Shown one piece after another: positions 15,468 through 29,712 of a DNA stretch of 62,350 nt. Source of the stretch: Eledone cirrhosa (lineage: Eukaryota); contig CAXHJY010001139.1 of assembly GCA_964016885.1 (NCBI GenBank), forward strand, positions 1-62,350, given 5' to 3'. Both the position numbers and the translations under genes were made by a program. The notes below the pieces were generated by a model, which was not told where the DNA came from, made no database searches, and was given only the letters and a program-made list of their open reading frames with translations. How positions within the stretch are numbered: position 1 is the stretch's first letter; every line of letters begins with the position of its first letter.

Positions 15468-15522
15468 ACTGCTATATATATTTCGGTGACAGCCATCTTT
15501 GGCTGTGACCTCTTCAGGCAGT
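15468..15522 (-). ncRNA. Type I hammerhead ribozyme, intact core, sense to the SLC16 pre-mRNA (intron 2)
   Basis: Minus strand reads ACUGC CUGAAGA GGUCACAGCCA AAGA UGGCUGUCACC GAA AUAUAUAU A GCAGU. Stem I 5 bp, stem II 10 of 11 bp, palindromic stem III, AUA cleavage triplet. It sits in a ~270-bp element (15320-15586) flanked by (TA)n. Confidence 0.85.
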
Positions 15523-15997
15523 CCGAATTAGTGTGGTAGAGACGAGTACACATGTTGTTGAGGTGTTTAACTTTGTCAATACCCTGATATATATATGTCT
15601 CTTTGTCTAACTATCTATTTTATAAATTTTATTTTTTGTTATATTTTATTTTATTTTTATATATTGTTATTGCCTCCTCCTTATTGAGGACGCCTTGTTT
15701 TGTAAACTCCCCCCATTGTACTTGTCCCACTTTTGATGCCCTGGTGGCAAATAAAAGAAACATATCTATTTATCTATCTATCTATCCGTCTCTCTGTTTA
15801 TCTATCTGCTTCTTCGAAAGATATCCACTATATTCTGACCTGTAGAAAGACGATATCTCCCAGTTTTAAAATGCCCAAAACACGCCGTATAGAACGATGG
15901 CGCCTTCACGATTCTATCATAAGTTAAGGACCAATGACTAGATGGATGAAATGTGCATAACAAAACAATAACAATTAATAATAAATACACCACTTAC

Positions 15998-16114
15998 CAA
16001 GTAATAACTTAGCCGTTGTACTTAGAGAAACCACCCAGGCTGTATCAACTGCACTGCGGCCAAATTCTTCTACCAATTTCAAGTAAATTATTCCGTTGGA
16101 CCGCTCTAAACCCC
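15998..16114 (-). CDS. SLC16/MCT-like transporter, coding exon 2 (117 nt; absent from the ORF track)
   Basis: Pyrimidine-rich acceptor ttttcttctcaatgtcatttcag, then (G)GLERSNGIIYLKLVEEFGRSAVDTAWVVSLSTTAKLLL(G), then donor GTAAGT. Phase 1-1 and in frame with both neighbours. The F..S...TAWV.S pattern is typical of SLC16 loop 1/TM2. Confidence 0.92.
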
Positions 16115-16205
16115 CTGAAATGACATTGAGAAGAAAACATTAGTTTATTTCGTTGTTACAATTATATTTTGGCTTTAAATGAATTTTTAGGAAAGGTATT
16201 TGTGC

Positions 16206-16273
<68 letters not shown>

Positions 16274-16278
<5 letters not shown>

Positions 16279-16532
16279 TGTAGTAAACAACACAATACAA
16301 TTATTCCATTGACCAAAGGTTTCACGAAGTCAGGCGACCTTAACAGAGGTATCCGAAGTCGTTCATCAGAAAGGGAAAACATTTCCTTTCTGATGAACGA
16401 CTTCGGACACCTCTGTTGAAATCGCCTCTCTCCGTGAAACCGTTCGTAAATGGAATAATTCACTGTGTTGTTTATTACATAATAGCTCTGTACTATACAC
16501 AGAGCACTCTTCCTTTTCTACGGAAATACTTA
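16274..16532 (+). mobile_element. Family E HHR fold-back element
   Basis: ~105-bp imperfect inverted arms centred near 16379, plus a tail homologous to 57505-57600; (TA)n flanks. Confidence 0.8.
16304..16376 (-). ncRNA. Hammerhead ribozyme (family E), sense to SLC16 intron 1; inverted twin at ~16383-16455 (+)
   Basis: Minus strand reads cccuuu CUGAUGA ACGA...UCGU GAA ACC UUU GGU C aauggaa. Core and stem III are intact, GUC triplet, stem I has mismatches. Confidence 0.65.
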
Positions 16533-16536
16533 TTTT

Positions 16537-16569
<33 letters not shown>

Positions 16570-16759
16570 ATTAGGGAACAAAGAATGAGTGTTGCATCAC
16601 ATGCATATTTAATCATATATTACATATGTTTCACTGCCAATCAGCTCGATGCTGACTCTGGAAGCGAAAGCTCCTCAGATATGTGTTCTCACATGTAAAC
16701 TCGACTCCATCGAGTGTTCATCTTGGCATACCGCTGTGAACATAATCCAATTGCACCTT

Positions 16760-16827
<68 letters not shown>

Positions 16828-16931
16828 CATGCACATATATATGTATATACCTATGTGCATATGTGTATACTACTTTTATTGGAGAATGAGGAAGAAAGTA
16901 CAAAATACTTGTTGTATACACACACTTTATA

Positions 16932-16971
<40 letters not shown>

Positions 16972-17199
16972 GTAATAATAATAAATTTGAAGACTAAAAT
17001 CCAAAGAGGGCTCGATAAGGATAAATATATCAGATATATAAGAACCGTAGAGCAAATATTTATTAAAATAACAGATTGCAACGTTTTTTTGAAATATTTA
17101 CTTCTGCGTTCACAGATTGACTTTTCTAGTTTCAGAAGATCTCGTTAAGGGTGAAAGCAGCGATTCTTTGCTTAAACTTTAATCTATTATTTTAATATA

Positions 17200-17345
<146 letters not shown>

Positions 17346-17437
17346 AATATATATATATATGTATATATATATATAAATATGTATATATATGTATATATAT
17401 ATATATGTATATATATGTATATATATATATATGTATA

Positions 17438-17478
<41 letters not shown>

Positions 17479-18221
17479 GTATAAATGTGTATGCGTGTGT
17501 GTGTATTTTCTTTGAACCACTATAATTCTTCCTACATTCGTTGCGTTATAAAAGAGGGTTCTTATTTGTTTATTTATTTATTTATTCATCTATCTAATCA
17601 TTTGTGTATTTATTGCCCTTATTTAAGGCCTATAATTAAAGTCGATATAAACACAATGTTTGCAACAGCCCTGTCTCATTAGTAATGGGCGTTGTCCTTT
17701 CATCTCCAGCCCGACCTGTTTTCTGCTATTTTATAAACCCTTTAATAAAACACTGGTCTCCAATCGCAACAAAACACGTGTGGAGTTTTGTTTCAAATTT
17801 TCCCTTAATCCTTTTTTTTTCTTTTCATTTCTTTACTTCTGATCATCTTTTTCTCTTTAATTATCTATTTCTATACGTCTATACATGTGTATCTAGATAC
17901 CCACACCTATCTACATCATGCTTAACTACCTAGCTAGCTATCTATCTATCTGAAAGATATATATCTATCCATCTATCAATTTACCTATAAATACCTCTAT
18001 ATGTCTACCAATCTATCTCTCTATTTTCATACATATCTATTTAGAAATCTATCCATTGTCCTATCGCCCTTGTGGCAAATAAAGAAATATATCTATCCAC
18101 AAATCTATCTATTTACTTGTATATCTATCTACATACCTACCTACCAATCTATCTATCTAGGCATTTATCCATCTACCTACCAATATGTCTGCCTCTCTAC
18201 CAATATATCTATCTACCTGTA

Positions 18222-18407
18222 GGGTGGTGGATTGGCAGTATCGGTAGAGGGTCGGACGCCATACTTTCCAGCATAGTTACGCCCCTTTACGATCTGAGTT
18301 CAAATCCCGCCGAGGTTGACTTTGCCTTTCATGCTTACGGGGTCGATAAAATAAAGTACCAGTAATGCACTGGGTAATTGCTGGCCTTGTGCCTAAAATA
18401 GAAACAA
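18222..18407 (+). mobile_element. Meta-like tRNA SINE with TSD
   Basis: A-box TGGCAGTATCGG, B-box GAGTTCAAATCC; TATCTATCTACCTGTA flanks both ends. Confidence 0.9.
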
Positions 18408-18988
18408 ATATATCTATCTACCTGTATATCTATCTACATACCTATCTACCCAGCAATCTATCTATCTAACGATCTATTTACTAATCTCTCAACCTCCTCT
18501 CTGTCTCTTTATCTACCTATCTACCTATAACCCCATTTATCTGTCCTACATGACATACACGAATATATATTTAAAAAAACTTAAATTATAGGTTAACGAA
18601 GCAGCAATCGTGTTTTTATTTCACTGAACTTAAACCTTACTATTGAAACGAGAATATCTCCTTCATTTTATTTTTCGATTTTACATTTGTTTTTAGACAA
18701 TCTTGTTTTTTCGTAACATTACCCAAGTGTGTTTCATTATATAATTATTATATAATACGGCAGTACACTATTGTTCCTATTTGCCTTGATGTTTTATTGT
18801 TTTCATTTCTTTTACTATCTTATCCTCTTCCATTTTGTTTTTATTGTATGCTTTCTCCCTTTCGTTTTTCTTTTGGATCTAGGTCGTCTGCTCATTCAGT
18901 TCTTATTTGATATAATAAGCGTGTTTCCAAATAGTATAGTCTACAGACACTCATCATTCATTCGCTCAGATAACGCTCGCCCCTTTCT

Positions 18989-19057
<69 letters not shown>

Positions 19058-19127
19058 GACACACCCAGCTTTACTTATAAATACGAAAATAGTATGTACG
19101 TACGTAAGTATATATATATATATATAA

Positions 19128-19202
<75 letters not shown>

Positions 19203-19401
19203 CGTGTGTGTTCTGTTGTAGCCTTCTTGCGATGGCAGTAGGTTAAAAGACAATATACTGTTATAATGCAAGCTTGACACACAAAGAACATTAATGTTGT
19301 TCCCAGGGAAAGACGCTACCATTCATTTAATGAAAATAAATCCACTCTATTTCATATATAGAGTACTATGCCTTAGATCGCCGTTCTCTTCGTTATAAAC
19401 T

Positions 19402-19583
19402 GGGTTGGCAGTATCGGTAGAGGGTCGGACGCCATGCTTTCCAGCAGAGAGTTATGGCCCTTTATGGTCTGAGTTCAAATCCCGCCGTGGTTAACTTTGC
19501 CTTTCATTTTTACGAGGTCGATAAAATAAAGTACCTGTAATGCACTGGGATAATTGCTGGCCTTGTGCCAAAAGTAGAAACAA
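19402..19583 (+). mobile_element. Meta-like tRNA SINE
   Basis: Same consensus. Confidence 0.88.
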
Positions 19584-19661
19584 ACAATGATGTATGTGCT
19601 CATCTATCTATCTATCTACCTATCTATCTATCTCAATTACTATCTATCTATCTATCTATCT

Positions 19662-20265
19662 CAAGGGTGGGACCGATCCGGTTGACCACCGAGTCTATTG
19701 TAATGATCAAGCCGCCTCCCCCCTTCAAAGATGAAGCAGAGGCGGTGTTTCTGTGCGTAATAGCCATGGTGAAAGAAGTTGTATGGTGGACGCGTCTGAA
19801 AGGACTGAGGTCAGGCACCTTTCTCTCTGGCCAACAACTGGTCCGTTTCTTCCGATATCATTTCGGAAGAAGGATCAGGATGGAGAGAGAGGTGCTGCAC
19901 CCCAGTCGTTTTTATGAAAGGTGGGTGAAAGTGGCGAGAATGGCCCGTGTGAATGGGCCTTCTCTTTACATAAGCCTGTAGGTGGAAAAGAGGAAGGAAC
20001 GAGGGAGCACCCCCTCTCTGTGCTCCTGAGGAAAAGGGTTGCACACTTTTTTCGGGGGGGGGGGGGGGGGGGGCGACCCCCCAAGGCGCCTCCTCTCTAT
20101 TGAGGACTTTGTTATAAATTTTATTTTTTGTTATATTTTATTTTATTTTTATACATTGTTATTGCCTCCTCCTTATTGAGGACGCCTTTTTGTGTAAACT
20201 CCCCCCTTTGTACTTGTCCCACTTTTGATGCCCTGGTGGCAAATAAAAGAAACATATCTATCTCA
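19662..20265 (+). mobile_element. Tx1/L1-like LINE 3' end (ORF2 C-terminus plus 3' UTR) in (TATC)n
   Basis: ...VFLCVIAMVKEVVWWTR...FFRYHFGRRIRMER...FYERW..., AATAAA, then a tatc tail. Related pieces at 4424-4787 (-), 20300-20560, 15625-15770, 18050-18090 and 20620-20697. Confidence 0.7.
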
Positions 20266-20861
20266 ATTACTATCTATCTATCTATCTATCTATGACTATC
20301 TGTTTATAAGCCTGTAGGTTGAGGAAGAGAGCAAAAGGAAGAAAGGAGCACTTGCACAACACGCTCCTTGAGTTGAGGGTTGTTCTATCGACGGGGTATT
20401 AAACAACCCATTTGTGGCGCCTCCCCCCTATTGGGGATTTCGATTGTTGAAATTGTTTGTTTTTATATTTTTTACACGACTGTATGTAAAATCCCCGGCA
20501 TGTCTTTGTATTGTCCCCTTTCTTGTTGCGCCCTTGTGGCTAATAAAGAAATCTATCTATGACTATCTGTAGAAAATCGACTAATTTTTAAATTGCATTT
20601 GTGATAATATTTTACACGTTTTTGTTGTATGTAAACTTCCCCCTTTGTATTGTCCCCTTCTTTTGTGCCCCTGTGGCTAATAAAGAAAAATATCTATTGA
20701 CTATCTGTCTACCTGTCCGCCTATGTATCTATATGCCTATAAATCAATCGACCGGTCTATCTATCTGTCTGTTCATCTATATGTATCTGTTTATCAATGT
20801 GTGTGTGTGTGTGTGTGCGTAACACTGCCTATATATCTATCTGTCTGTTCATCTATATGTA

Positions 20862-20909
<48 letters not shown>

Positions 20910-21030
20910 TGTGAGTGTGTGTCTGTGTGTGTGTGTGTGTGTGTGTGTACGCGTGTGTGTGTGTGTGTATCTGTGTGTGTGTGTGTATCTGTGTGTGTGT
21001 GTGTGTATCTGTGTGTGTGTGTGTGTCTGT

Positions 21031-21077
<47 letters not shown>

Positions 21078-21715
21078 CGTGTGAGTGAGTAACAATGCAC
21101 AGAGACTAAATGATGACGTGCGGCACCGTTTCTTCAGCCAGCTCTCATTTAGGACACGTACAGTTACTGGCCAATTGGCTCCAACCGCGACCACACAGTT
21201 CTTCTAATCTGGAAGCTAGAAAGACAACTTAGTCTAATTACGAAGTGTAGTAGTTAGATTGATACTATTTTTCCATCTAGTGGCCCGGTAAGTGCAGTTA
21301 TGCATGACCAATTAGGTTGAAATTGTAGCTTTGTCAGATAGCAACGATTTTAAGATAAAAAGCATACAATTATATTGTCAGAGAGAGAGAGGGGGGAGAG
21401 GGGGCAGGGTTAGAAAGAGAGTCCCATTTCAACAATTTCGGAGTGTGATGTGAGATGTTGTGAAATCCAATGTAAACAGACACACACAAAACTGTGTTCA
21501 CATTTATCCTGAAATATCTCACTAAAAATTCCATTAGAATAATGTAAGCGGTGTGTGTATGAGTGTATGTGCGTCCTTTACGAGCTTGTATGTGTCATAT
21601 ATATATATATATATGGCGGTACGTACATCTTCCTCAGTCTCCCTATCCATCTTCTCACATACACACACGCGCACACAAATATGTTTTAAATACGTGCGTG
21701 TATATATATATATAT

Positions 21716-21907
21716 AACAAAGGAATTGTGGTAAGGAACCAAATGGACCATAACGCACCAGAGTACTCAATACTTAAGGTAGTAGAGTGGGAAATAGGAA
21801 AAAGTATGACCCCGACGGCAGAGCTCAAGCGGTTTCGACGGCTATTTCTGGACTCCAGAAATAGCCGTCGAAACGGCTTGAGCTCTGCAGTCGGGGTCAT
21901 ACTTTTT

Positions 21908-21910
<3 letters not shown>
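21716..21910 (-). mobile_element. Family A fold-back element (SLC16 intron 1)
   Basis: Arms centred on gctatttctgga-c-tccagaaatagc; (TA)n flanks. Confidence 0.85.
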
Positions 21911-21980
<70 letters not shown>

Positions 21981-22234
21981 GGGGGGGGGGGGCACACACA
22001 AACTTGATTAAAGAGACTCTGGGTGTCAGTAGTGTTAAGAGTGGCGACGAATTACGTCTCTTATCTCGATGTCTATGATAACGATGATGATGGTAATGAG
22101 GGTGAGGATTATGAAAATACTGATGATGATGATGATGATGATGATGATAATAATGATCATGATGAAGATGATCATCATCATCGTGACCATCATTAACCGA
22201 AAATAAAGAGAGAAAATAATATGGTATGACTTAC

Positions 22235-22502
22235 CGATGATTAAATGCGTGATGAAGCTGCCCAAAACCACAAGACATCCCCACGAATTGTGACTGCACC
22301 TTGGGTTAGATGAGGTTAATGGTTTCTTACGCAAACAGCCACACAAAGATGGCGCCCATTTTTTACTAGAGGAAGTCTTTAACGGTGTGTCGTCATGGTG
22401 ACAGCACCCGTTCGCCGTCAGTGACGTATACGTTTGTTTGTCCAGCAAGTCATAACTGGTCTCTTTGTCATAGTCACTGACTGGTCTCTTCAGTGAATTC
22501 AT
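22235..22502 (-). CDS. SLC16/MCT-like MFS transporter, first coding exon (89 codons + 1 nt)
   Basis: ATG at 22502-22500 with an in-frame TGA upstream. Encodes MNSLKRP...HNSWGCLVVLGSFITHLII, which resembles the SLC16 TM1 region (WGWxVVxGxF). Ends at a phase-1 donor G|GTAAGT (plus-strand ac at 22233-22234). Confidence 0.88.
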
Positions 22503-22656
22503 ATTTGGGATGTATGAAGTAGCTTGGAAATGTGAAACCTCTTGGTTTCACTTTCCTTTGGCTAGTATTGAACCTTGCTCTCTTTATTTACTTTCTCACT
22601 TTGCTTTTCTCTCAATCTTTTATTCTTTGATCTGTGTTCCTTTCTTCTTTGTCACC

Positions 22657-22704
<48 letters not shown>

Positions 22705-23446
22705 CCCGGTCTCACTCTATCCCACACTCCCAATCACACGCTTACATTCGATCTCTGCCTCTCACGCACTCTTTCTTTTCCTCTAATTCTCTATTCACTA
22801 GAGAATAGATGTATTATAAATTATCCAGGTTTGTTGTAGTACATCTTAATAAATTATATAGTTTGATCTCTAAATGGTATATATATATATTTGTATATTT
22901 TTTCTTTTTCATGTGTGATCGTTGAATCTTGATCTCTGTACACCCGTTTACTTTCTTTGTTTATCTAGCTTCGTTGTTCCCTTTATTGTTTCTTTAATCC
23001 AAGTTATTAAATACGTTGGTTCAACAGCTGAGCTGAATTTAATACGTTGGTTCAACAGCTGAGCGCAATTCAAAAGCTACGCTAAATTTGAAGAAAGAGT
23101 TTTCGACGCCATGTTGATTTTTCATGTCTGTCTATCTGACTGAGTTTTCAATATCTGAAATTATACAAAATAAAACAAAATAAGCTAAAGTAAAATAAAA
23201 AAAATAAAGGTTCAGACAGGAAAATATAATTGTTAGACATGCAAGCATACCGAAATTCAGGAATGTATAAGTATATATATATATATATATATGAGGGGTG
23301 GGGTAGGTGCGTTTGGATGGGTGCAGTAGTCTGTGATAACAATATTTCTTCAGGAAAATAATGAGGGGATGTTCACGGCTAGACTGTCTTTGATCAAGCG
23401 TCTTCGTGAACAGCATTGATTTGCATGGAATATATATATAATATAT

Positions 23447-23501
<55 letters not shown>

Positions 23502-23505
<4 letters not shown>

Positions 23506-23700
23506 AGAAGAGTCAGGACCCAAACGGCTGAGCTCCGGCCGTTTCGACAGCTAGATCTGAACTCGGATCTAGCTGTCGAAACGGCCGGAGCTCTGCCATC
23601 GGGGTCCTGACTCTTTTCCTATTACCCACTCTACTACCCTAAGTATCGAGTACTCTAGTGCGTTATGGACCACCTGCTTTCTTACCTCACTTTCTTTGTT

Positions 23701-23703
<3 letters not shown>
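23502..23703 (+). mobile_element. Family A variant fold-back element
   Basis: Centre cagctagatctgaactcggatctagctg, with a homologous tail. Partial copies of this variant at 30488-30568 and 57890-57984. Confidence 0.8.
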
Positions 23704-23741
<38 letters not shown>

Positions 23742-23744
<3 letters not shown>

Positions 23745-24042
23745 CGGGTAAAATTCCCGAGATCCATGGACGAGATCTCTCCAACGGTGTCTGACCTGTA
23801 TCATCGCCGCTATGTCCTGCATCTCACAGAGGCCAATGCCTGTCTTTGGTGCATCAACACATGTCATCCTCGGCCTTCCTCTTCCTGTGTGTCCTTGTAG
23901 GGGCTCCCAAAGAACCACTGAGTGCAGTTTCAACTCTAAATGTCGGTGAGCATGTCCAGCTAACCTCAGACTCTTCTGTGTCACTTTCGAGCTGACCTTC
24001 GCGAGGCTCCCGTACAGCTCTGAGATTTTCATCCTCAGTGTG
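23742..24042 (-). mobile_element. RTE-like LINE 3' fragment
   Basis: [10 protein letters not shown]...LWEPLQG...GRPRMTCVD...RWR; homologous to 54355-54725. Confidence 0.85.
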
Positions 24043-24111
24043 CATATAAATAATAGCAACACTATCTTTCTCGACATTAACAAGTACATCAACAACAGCA
24101 GTAGCAATAAT

Positions 24112-24302
24112 AATTGTTTCTACTTTTGGCACAAGGCCAGCAAATACCCAGTGCATTACTGGTACTTTATTTTATCGACCCCCGTAAGGATGAAAGGCAA
24201 AGTTAACCTCGGCGGGATTTGAACTCAGAATGGCAAGGGACGTAACTCTATGCGTCAAAGCATGGCGTCCGACCCTCTACCGATACTGCCAATTCACCCC
24301 CC
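24112..24302 (-). mobile_element. Meta-like tRNA SINE
   Basis: Same consensus. Confidence 0.88.
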
Positions 24303-24454
24303 CTTTGGCAACAACAACAACAACAGCAGCAACAGCAGCAACAATCTAACTATTCTACGGAATATATATAAATATATTCTTTTTCTCATATCCGACGGGA
24401 AGATATTTATGTAACATTTGTAACACATGCACACCTACTCACACACACACACAC

Positions 24455-24498
<44 letters not shown>

Positions 24499-25013
24499 AC
24501 ATGTATATACAGATATACATGGAAACACACACATACACTATCATATATAAACATACCCGCACACTTATATACATATACATACACTGAGACACATGCAATT
24601 ACGTACGTACATACCCATTCACACATACATGTATACACGCAAACGTCACACGCCTAATCACACACAAACATTGAAACACACACATACATACATACACCCA
24701 CACGCACACATACACACATAGGAAAAACAAAGAAACACACTTTCACATACAGATGCACAAATAAACACGCGCATACCTATACACAATCATACACACACAC
24801 ATACACATATACACATCAACTGACACACACACACACACACACGCTACCATTACGTACAAACATTTACACAACAGGCAGAAAGGAAAGACCCAGTTAGATC
24901 AAAGCGTTTAGATATTTAGATGCGCATGCGCTGTTACTAAGTGGACGGAGTTCAAAGGGAACTTACAAAAAAGCAAACACAGGCGCAACTGTTCAGATCA
25001 GCTACACCTATAT

Positions 25014-25048
<35 letters not shown>

Positions 25049-25179
25049 CACACATACACACACATATATATATATCACATCCGCAACAACGCCGCATGCC
25101 ATTTTTCATCCCTATATATATATATATATGTATGAAAAATGTATATATATATATATATATATTAGTTATATATATTTAT

Positions 25180-25214
<35 letters not shown>

Positions 25215-25343
25215 CGAACACGCACACATACATACAAAGACACTTAAATAGACACAGATACATATACGGAATCACGTTTATAGACATACATACATACATA
25301 CATATAGACGGACACATACACACATGAACATTCCATCACACAC

Positions 25344-25416
<73 letters not shown>

Positions 25417-25747
25417 CTGTGTGTCTGTGTGTTTGTATATATGTGTGTAAATATGTAAGGAAGTATGTACGTAAGTATGTACGTATGTATCTATATATAT
25501 ATGTATATATGTATGTATATATGTATATATGTATATATGTATATATGTATATATATATATATGAAAGATGAGGAGACAGACAGCAGACATATAGGACAAG
25601 TGGAAGAGATACGAAAGTGAACAAACAAATAACTAAATAAATATATAGCTGCTAAACACAAACATACACCCCTCTCACATATATATACACCAATATTCAC
25701 ACACACATGTGTGTGCGCGTGCGTGCTTGTTTGTGGGCGTGTACGTA

Positions 25748-25799
<52 letters not shown>

Positions 25800-25802
<3 letters not shown>

Positions 25803-26322
25803 GATATATTAACAAATGGAAACTATATTTATAAAACCATATTTATTTCATTATACATATTTCAAGGACACCAAAGCAAATTATGGTGCGCTTTCATCAG
25901 ATAAATTATAATATAGATCAGTTTTATAAACAAATATTGACATACCGTTAAAGAATATTCCAACGGCTTAATTTAAATGTACTGGGATTTAAACCTCTCC
26001 GACACTAATTTGCATAATAGACCAATAATAAAATTAGTAACCCCACTATCCGGGAGCTTCCAACCGACATGGTCGCATTCTTTAAGGGTATGTCAATATT
26101 TGTTTATAAAACTGATCTATATTATATTTTATCTGATGAAAGCGCACCATAATTTGCTTTGGTGTCCTTGAAATATGTATAATGAAATAAATATGGTTTA
26201 ATAAATATAGTTTCCATTTGTTAATATATTGTATTTTTACTCCAATAATTTGTTGAGTGCTTTATATCAGTTATAAAAATATTTTGCTTGTTGTATCCCA
26301 ACAAATTAAATATAACTTCTAC
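25800..26322 (+). mobile_element. Family C HHR element with ~150-bp inverted arms, in (TA)n
   Basis: Arms at ~25800-25955 and ~26076-26232, tail ending aacttctac(TA)n. Relatives at 50141-50398 and 61172-61590, and a tail-only copy at 7881-7970 (-). Confidence 0.85.
26125..26189 (+). ncRNA. Type I hammerhead ribozyme (family C); inverted twin at 25844-25908 (-)
   Basis: tattttat CTGATGA aagcgcacca-loop-tggtgtcctt GAA atatgtat A atgaaata. Confidence 0.78.
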
Positions 26323-26366
26323 ATATATATATATATATATTATACATATATATATATATATATATT

Positions 26367-26433
<67 letters not shown>

Positions 26434-26719
26434 TATATAAATATATATATATATATATGTATATAGTTTAAGATGATAATATGGACAAAACAACAGAACC
26501 ACATCATCAGCTGTTAACTGCAGATCATAGATGTTTAAGCAACTTAAAACAGGGCATCGAAAGCGATCAGCAGCGCGCCCAATGCCTTTTATCGATTAAA
26601 AGTCCATGAGTGAAAGAAAAGAAAAAATAGTGAGGAGAGAGGAAGAAAGAGGAAAAAACGAAGTAAACAAACCGAATGGAGGGGGGGGACACAGGACAGT
26701 GGAACACTATATATATATA

Positions 26720-26906
26720 AGGGCGGTGGATTGGCAGTATCGGTAAAGGGTCGGACGCCATGCTTTGACGCATAGAGTTACGACCCTTTCCATTCTGAAT
26801 TCAAATCCCTTCGAGGTTAATTTTGCCTTTCATCCTTACGGGGTCGATAAAATAAAGTACCAGTAATGTACTGAGTAATTGCTGGCATTGTGCCAAAAGT
26901 AGAAAC

Positions 26907-26910
<4 letters not shown>
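26720..26910 (+). mobile_element. Meta-like tRNA SINE
   Basis: Same consensus. Confidence 0.88.
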
Positions 26911-26980
<70 letters not shown>

Positions 26981-27172
26981 CGTAAAATAAGAAAATTTAA
27001 AATTTTTTAGTAAGTAAGTTAATTTTGAAAATTTTTTAAAATTTTCTTATTTTACGTCTGTTATATTATTGTTCTGCATCCTCCTGCATTGAACCACCTA
27101 GGTACTATGACATAACCTGTGTATTTGCTAGCATTAGCGTACATCTGTACGCATATGTTAGTAGATATACTA

Positions 27173-27227
<55 letters not shown>

Positions 27228-27630
27228 GAATATATACAACATTTAATATAGAAATGGCTTCTACAGGACTAGAACTGTTTCATTCCTGATGATATCCCTC
27301 GAATGAAGCGGTTCTAGTCCCCTTATATATGTGTTTATATATACACTCGCACCTATAGTTATGTATGTGTGTTGTTTATGTGTTTGGGAAATTGTGGTAA
27401 AATCATGGTCCATGGCGACTTTCTGTGGATCATTCTGAACAGATTAGGTTTGTGCACTGAGAAGAAATAACTGTTAGCTGTGCAAATAAACCGTTAGGTT
27501 TCATAGTTTATGAATCAACTGAGCTTTACTGATGACGGACTAAGTGAGTGAACGAAACCATAGCCAGGAAATTGTGAAATCACTATTTCTCTTACACACA
27601 CACACAGGCACATATGAGCATACATACATG

Positions 27631-27686
<56 letters not shown>

Positions 27687-28126
27687 GGAGAGATGACCCC
27701 TTAGCCTTTGTCAAGGCCGAATTCTAGGAGAAGGAAAACTCTGATATAACACCTGCAACTCTGATGGTATCCAATGATGTTGACTTGTTCTTCTTTTTGG
27801 TAAATATCATCTTGGTTAAGAGAGTGGGACTGGCTTTGTGCAGTGCCTTTGCTCACTATAAAAGCTTCACGGCACAGGCATTGCTTTATATCTGGAGATC
27901 TCTCTGCACTTGTCATCACATGGTACCATGGGCCCAGCACTATGTGTCAGTAATTGTCACAAGTGTAGTGTTTGTACCAGAGTTTTCAAGTCGCTGGCTG
28001 GACTAAAAAGTCACACTTGTTCAGCGCATCAGTGGGGGTTCTCCTACATGGATATAAAGTAGTGGCCGTACTCGAAAACGAGTTGGCAGCCACCACCATA
28101 TATATATATATGTATGCATACATATA

Positions 28127-28171
<45 letters not shown>

Positions 28172-28374
28172 GTGTGAAACATTAATACATCAGATTCCAG
28201 TATAAAGATGTTATTGATCACTTTTAAGTTTTCAAAGCACAAATTAAACAGAAAGTACACACACACACACTCACTCACACACACACTCACTCACACACTC
28301 ACACACTATTTTTGAAGCTTATGCTTGCTGCCGGAAATATACATACATACATACATTTATACTTGTATTTGTGA

Positions 28375-28416
<42 letters not shown>

Positions 28417-28444
28417 GTATGTGTGTGTATAAACGTGTGTATGA

Positions 28445-28485
<41 letters not shown>

Positions 28486-28532
28486 AATATATATATGTAT
28501 GTGTGTGTGTATAAACGTGTGTATGAGTGTCT

Positions 28533-28582
<50 letters not shown>

Positions 28583-28646
28583 GTATATATGTATGTATGT
28601 ATATATATGTATGTGTGTGTGTGTATAAACGTGTGTATGAGTGTCT

Positions 28647-28718
<72 letters not shown>

Positions 28719-28737
28719 GTGTGTGTGTGTATGTATG

Positions 28738-28810
<73 letters not shown>

Positions 28811-28823
28811 AACGTGTGTATGA

Positions 28824-28905
<82 letters not shown>

Positions 28906-29070
28906 ATATATATCTGCAGTTTCGTTTCACGCCCAATCCTGATGGTTTCTGCAAATTTTCAGCATGTGTTCTTTCCTGTCCTGCACACCTACTACACCCA
29001 TTAATCTGCTGTACGTGCATATTCTCACACATTTATACGGAAACATACCGAGGTATGTACTTTGATGTTG

Positions 29071-29111
<41 letters not shown>

Positions 29112-29185
29112 TATATATAGATATACATATACATATATATATAGTATACATATATATATATACATGTATATATATATACATATAT

Positions 29186-29379
<194 letters not shown>

Positions 29380-29385
29380 ATATAT

Positions 29386-29576
29386 AGGAACCAGTAAGAC
29401 CCCGACGGCTGAGCTCAAGCCGTTTCGACGGCTAATTCTGGTCCAGAATTAGCCGTCGAAACGGCTTGAGCTCAGCCGTCGGGGTCTTACTGGTTCCTAT
29501 TACCCACTCTACTACCCTAAGTATTGAGTACTTTGGTGCGTTATGGTCCACCTGGTTCCTTACCTCATTTCCTTCG

Positions 29577-29578
<2 letters not shown>
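29386..29578 (+). mobile_element. Family A fold-back element in (TA)n (3' half of an HHR plus tail)
   Basis: Perfect ~56-bp inverted arms around ...aattctgg-t-ccagaatt... Contains GAA ACGGC-ttgagctca-GCCGT C ggggtc (HHR stem III plus GUC) and an ~80-bp tail ending ccttcgtt(TA)n. No CUGAnGA. Confidence 0.85.
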
Positions 29579-29631
<53 letters not shown>

Positions 29632-29712
29632 TATACATATACATATATATATAGTATACATAGATATATAGTATACATATATATATATACATGTATATAT
29701 ATATATACATAT

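Noticed and set aside
16645-16690. Minus-strand CTGAGGA with hairpin (similar cases at 32040-32065 and 26490-26512)
   Set aside because: No downstream GAAA core.
18222-18320. tRNA gene
   Set aside because: The A/B boxes belong to SINE heads; no cloverleaf acceptor stem or poly-T terminator.
22035-22234. C-terminal half of the 155-aa ORF
   Set aside because: Read-through past the GTAAGT donor into an (ATC)n microsatellite.
27522-27570. CTGATGA...GAAAC hammerhead-like spacing
   Set aside because: No convincing stem I or III and no UH site; at best a decayed remnant.
29386-29578. Family A as a classical MITE or Helitron
   Set aside because: The inverted repeat is asymmetric (one arm plus tail), its centre varies between copies, the arms share private mutations, and there is no CTRR end.
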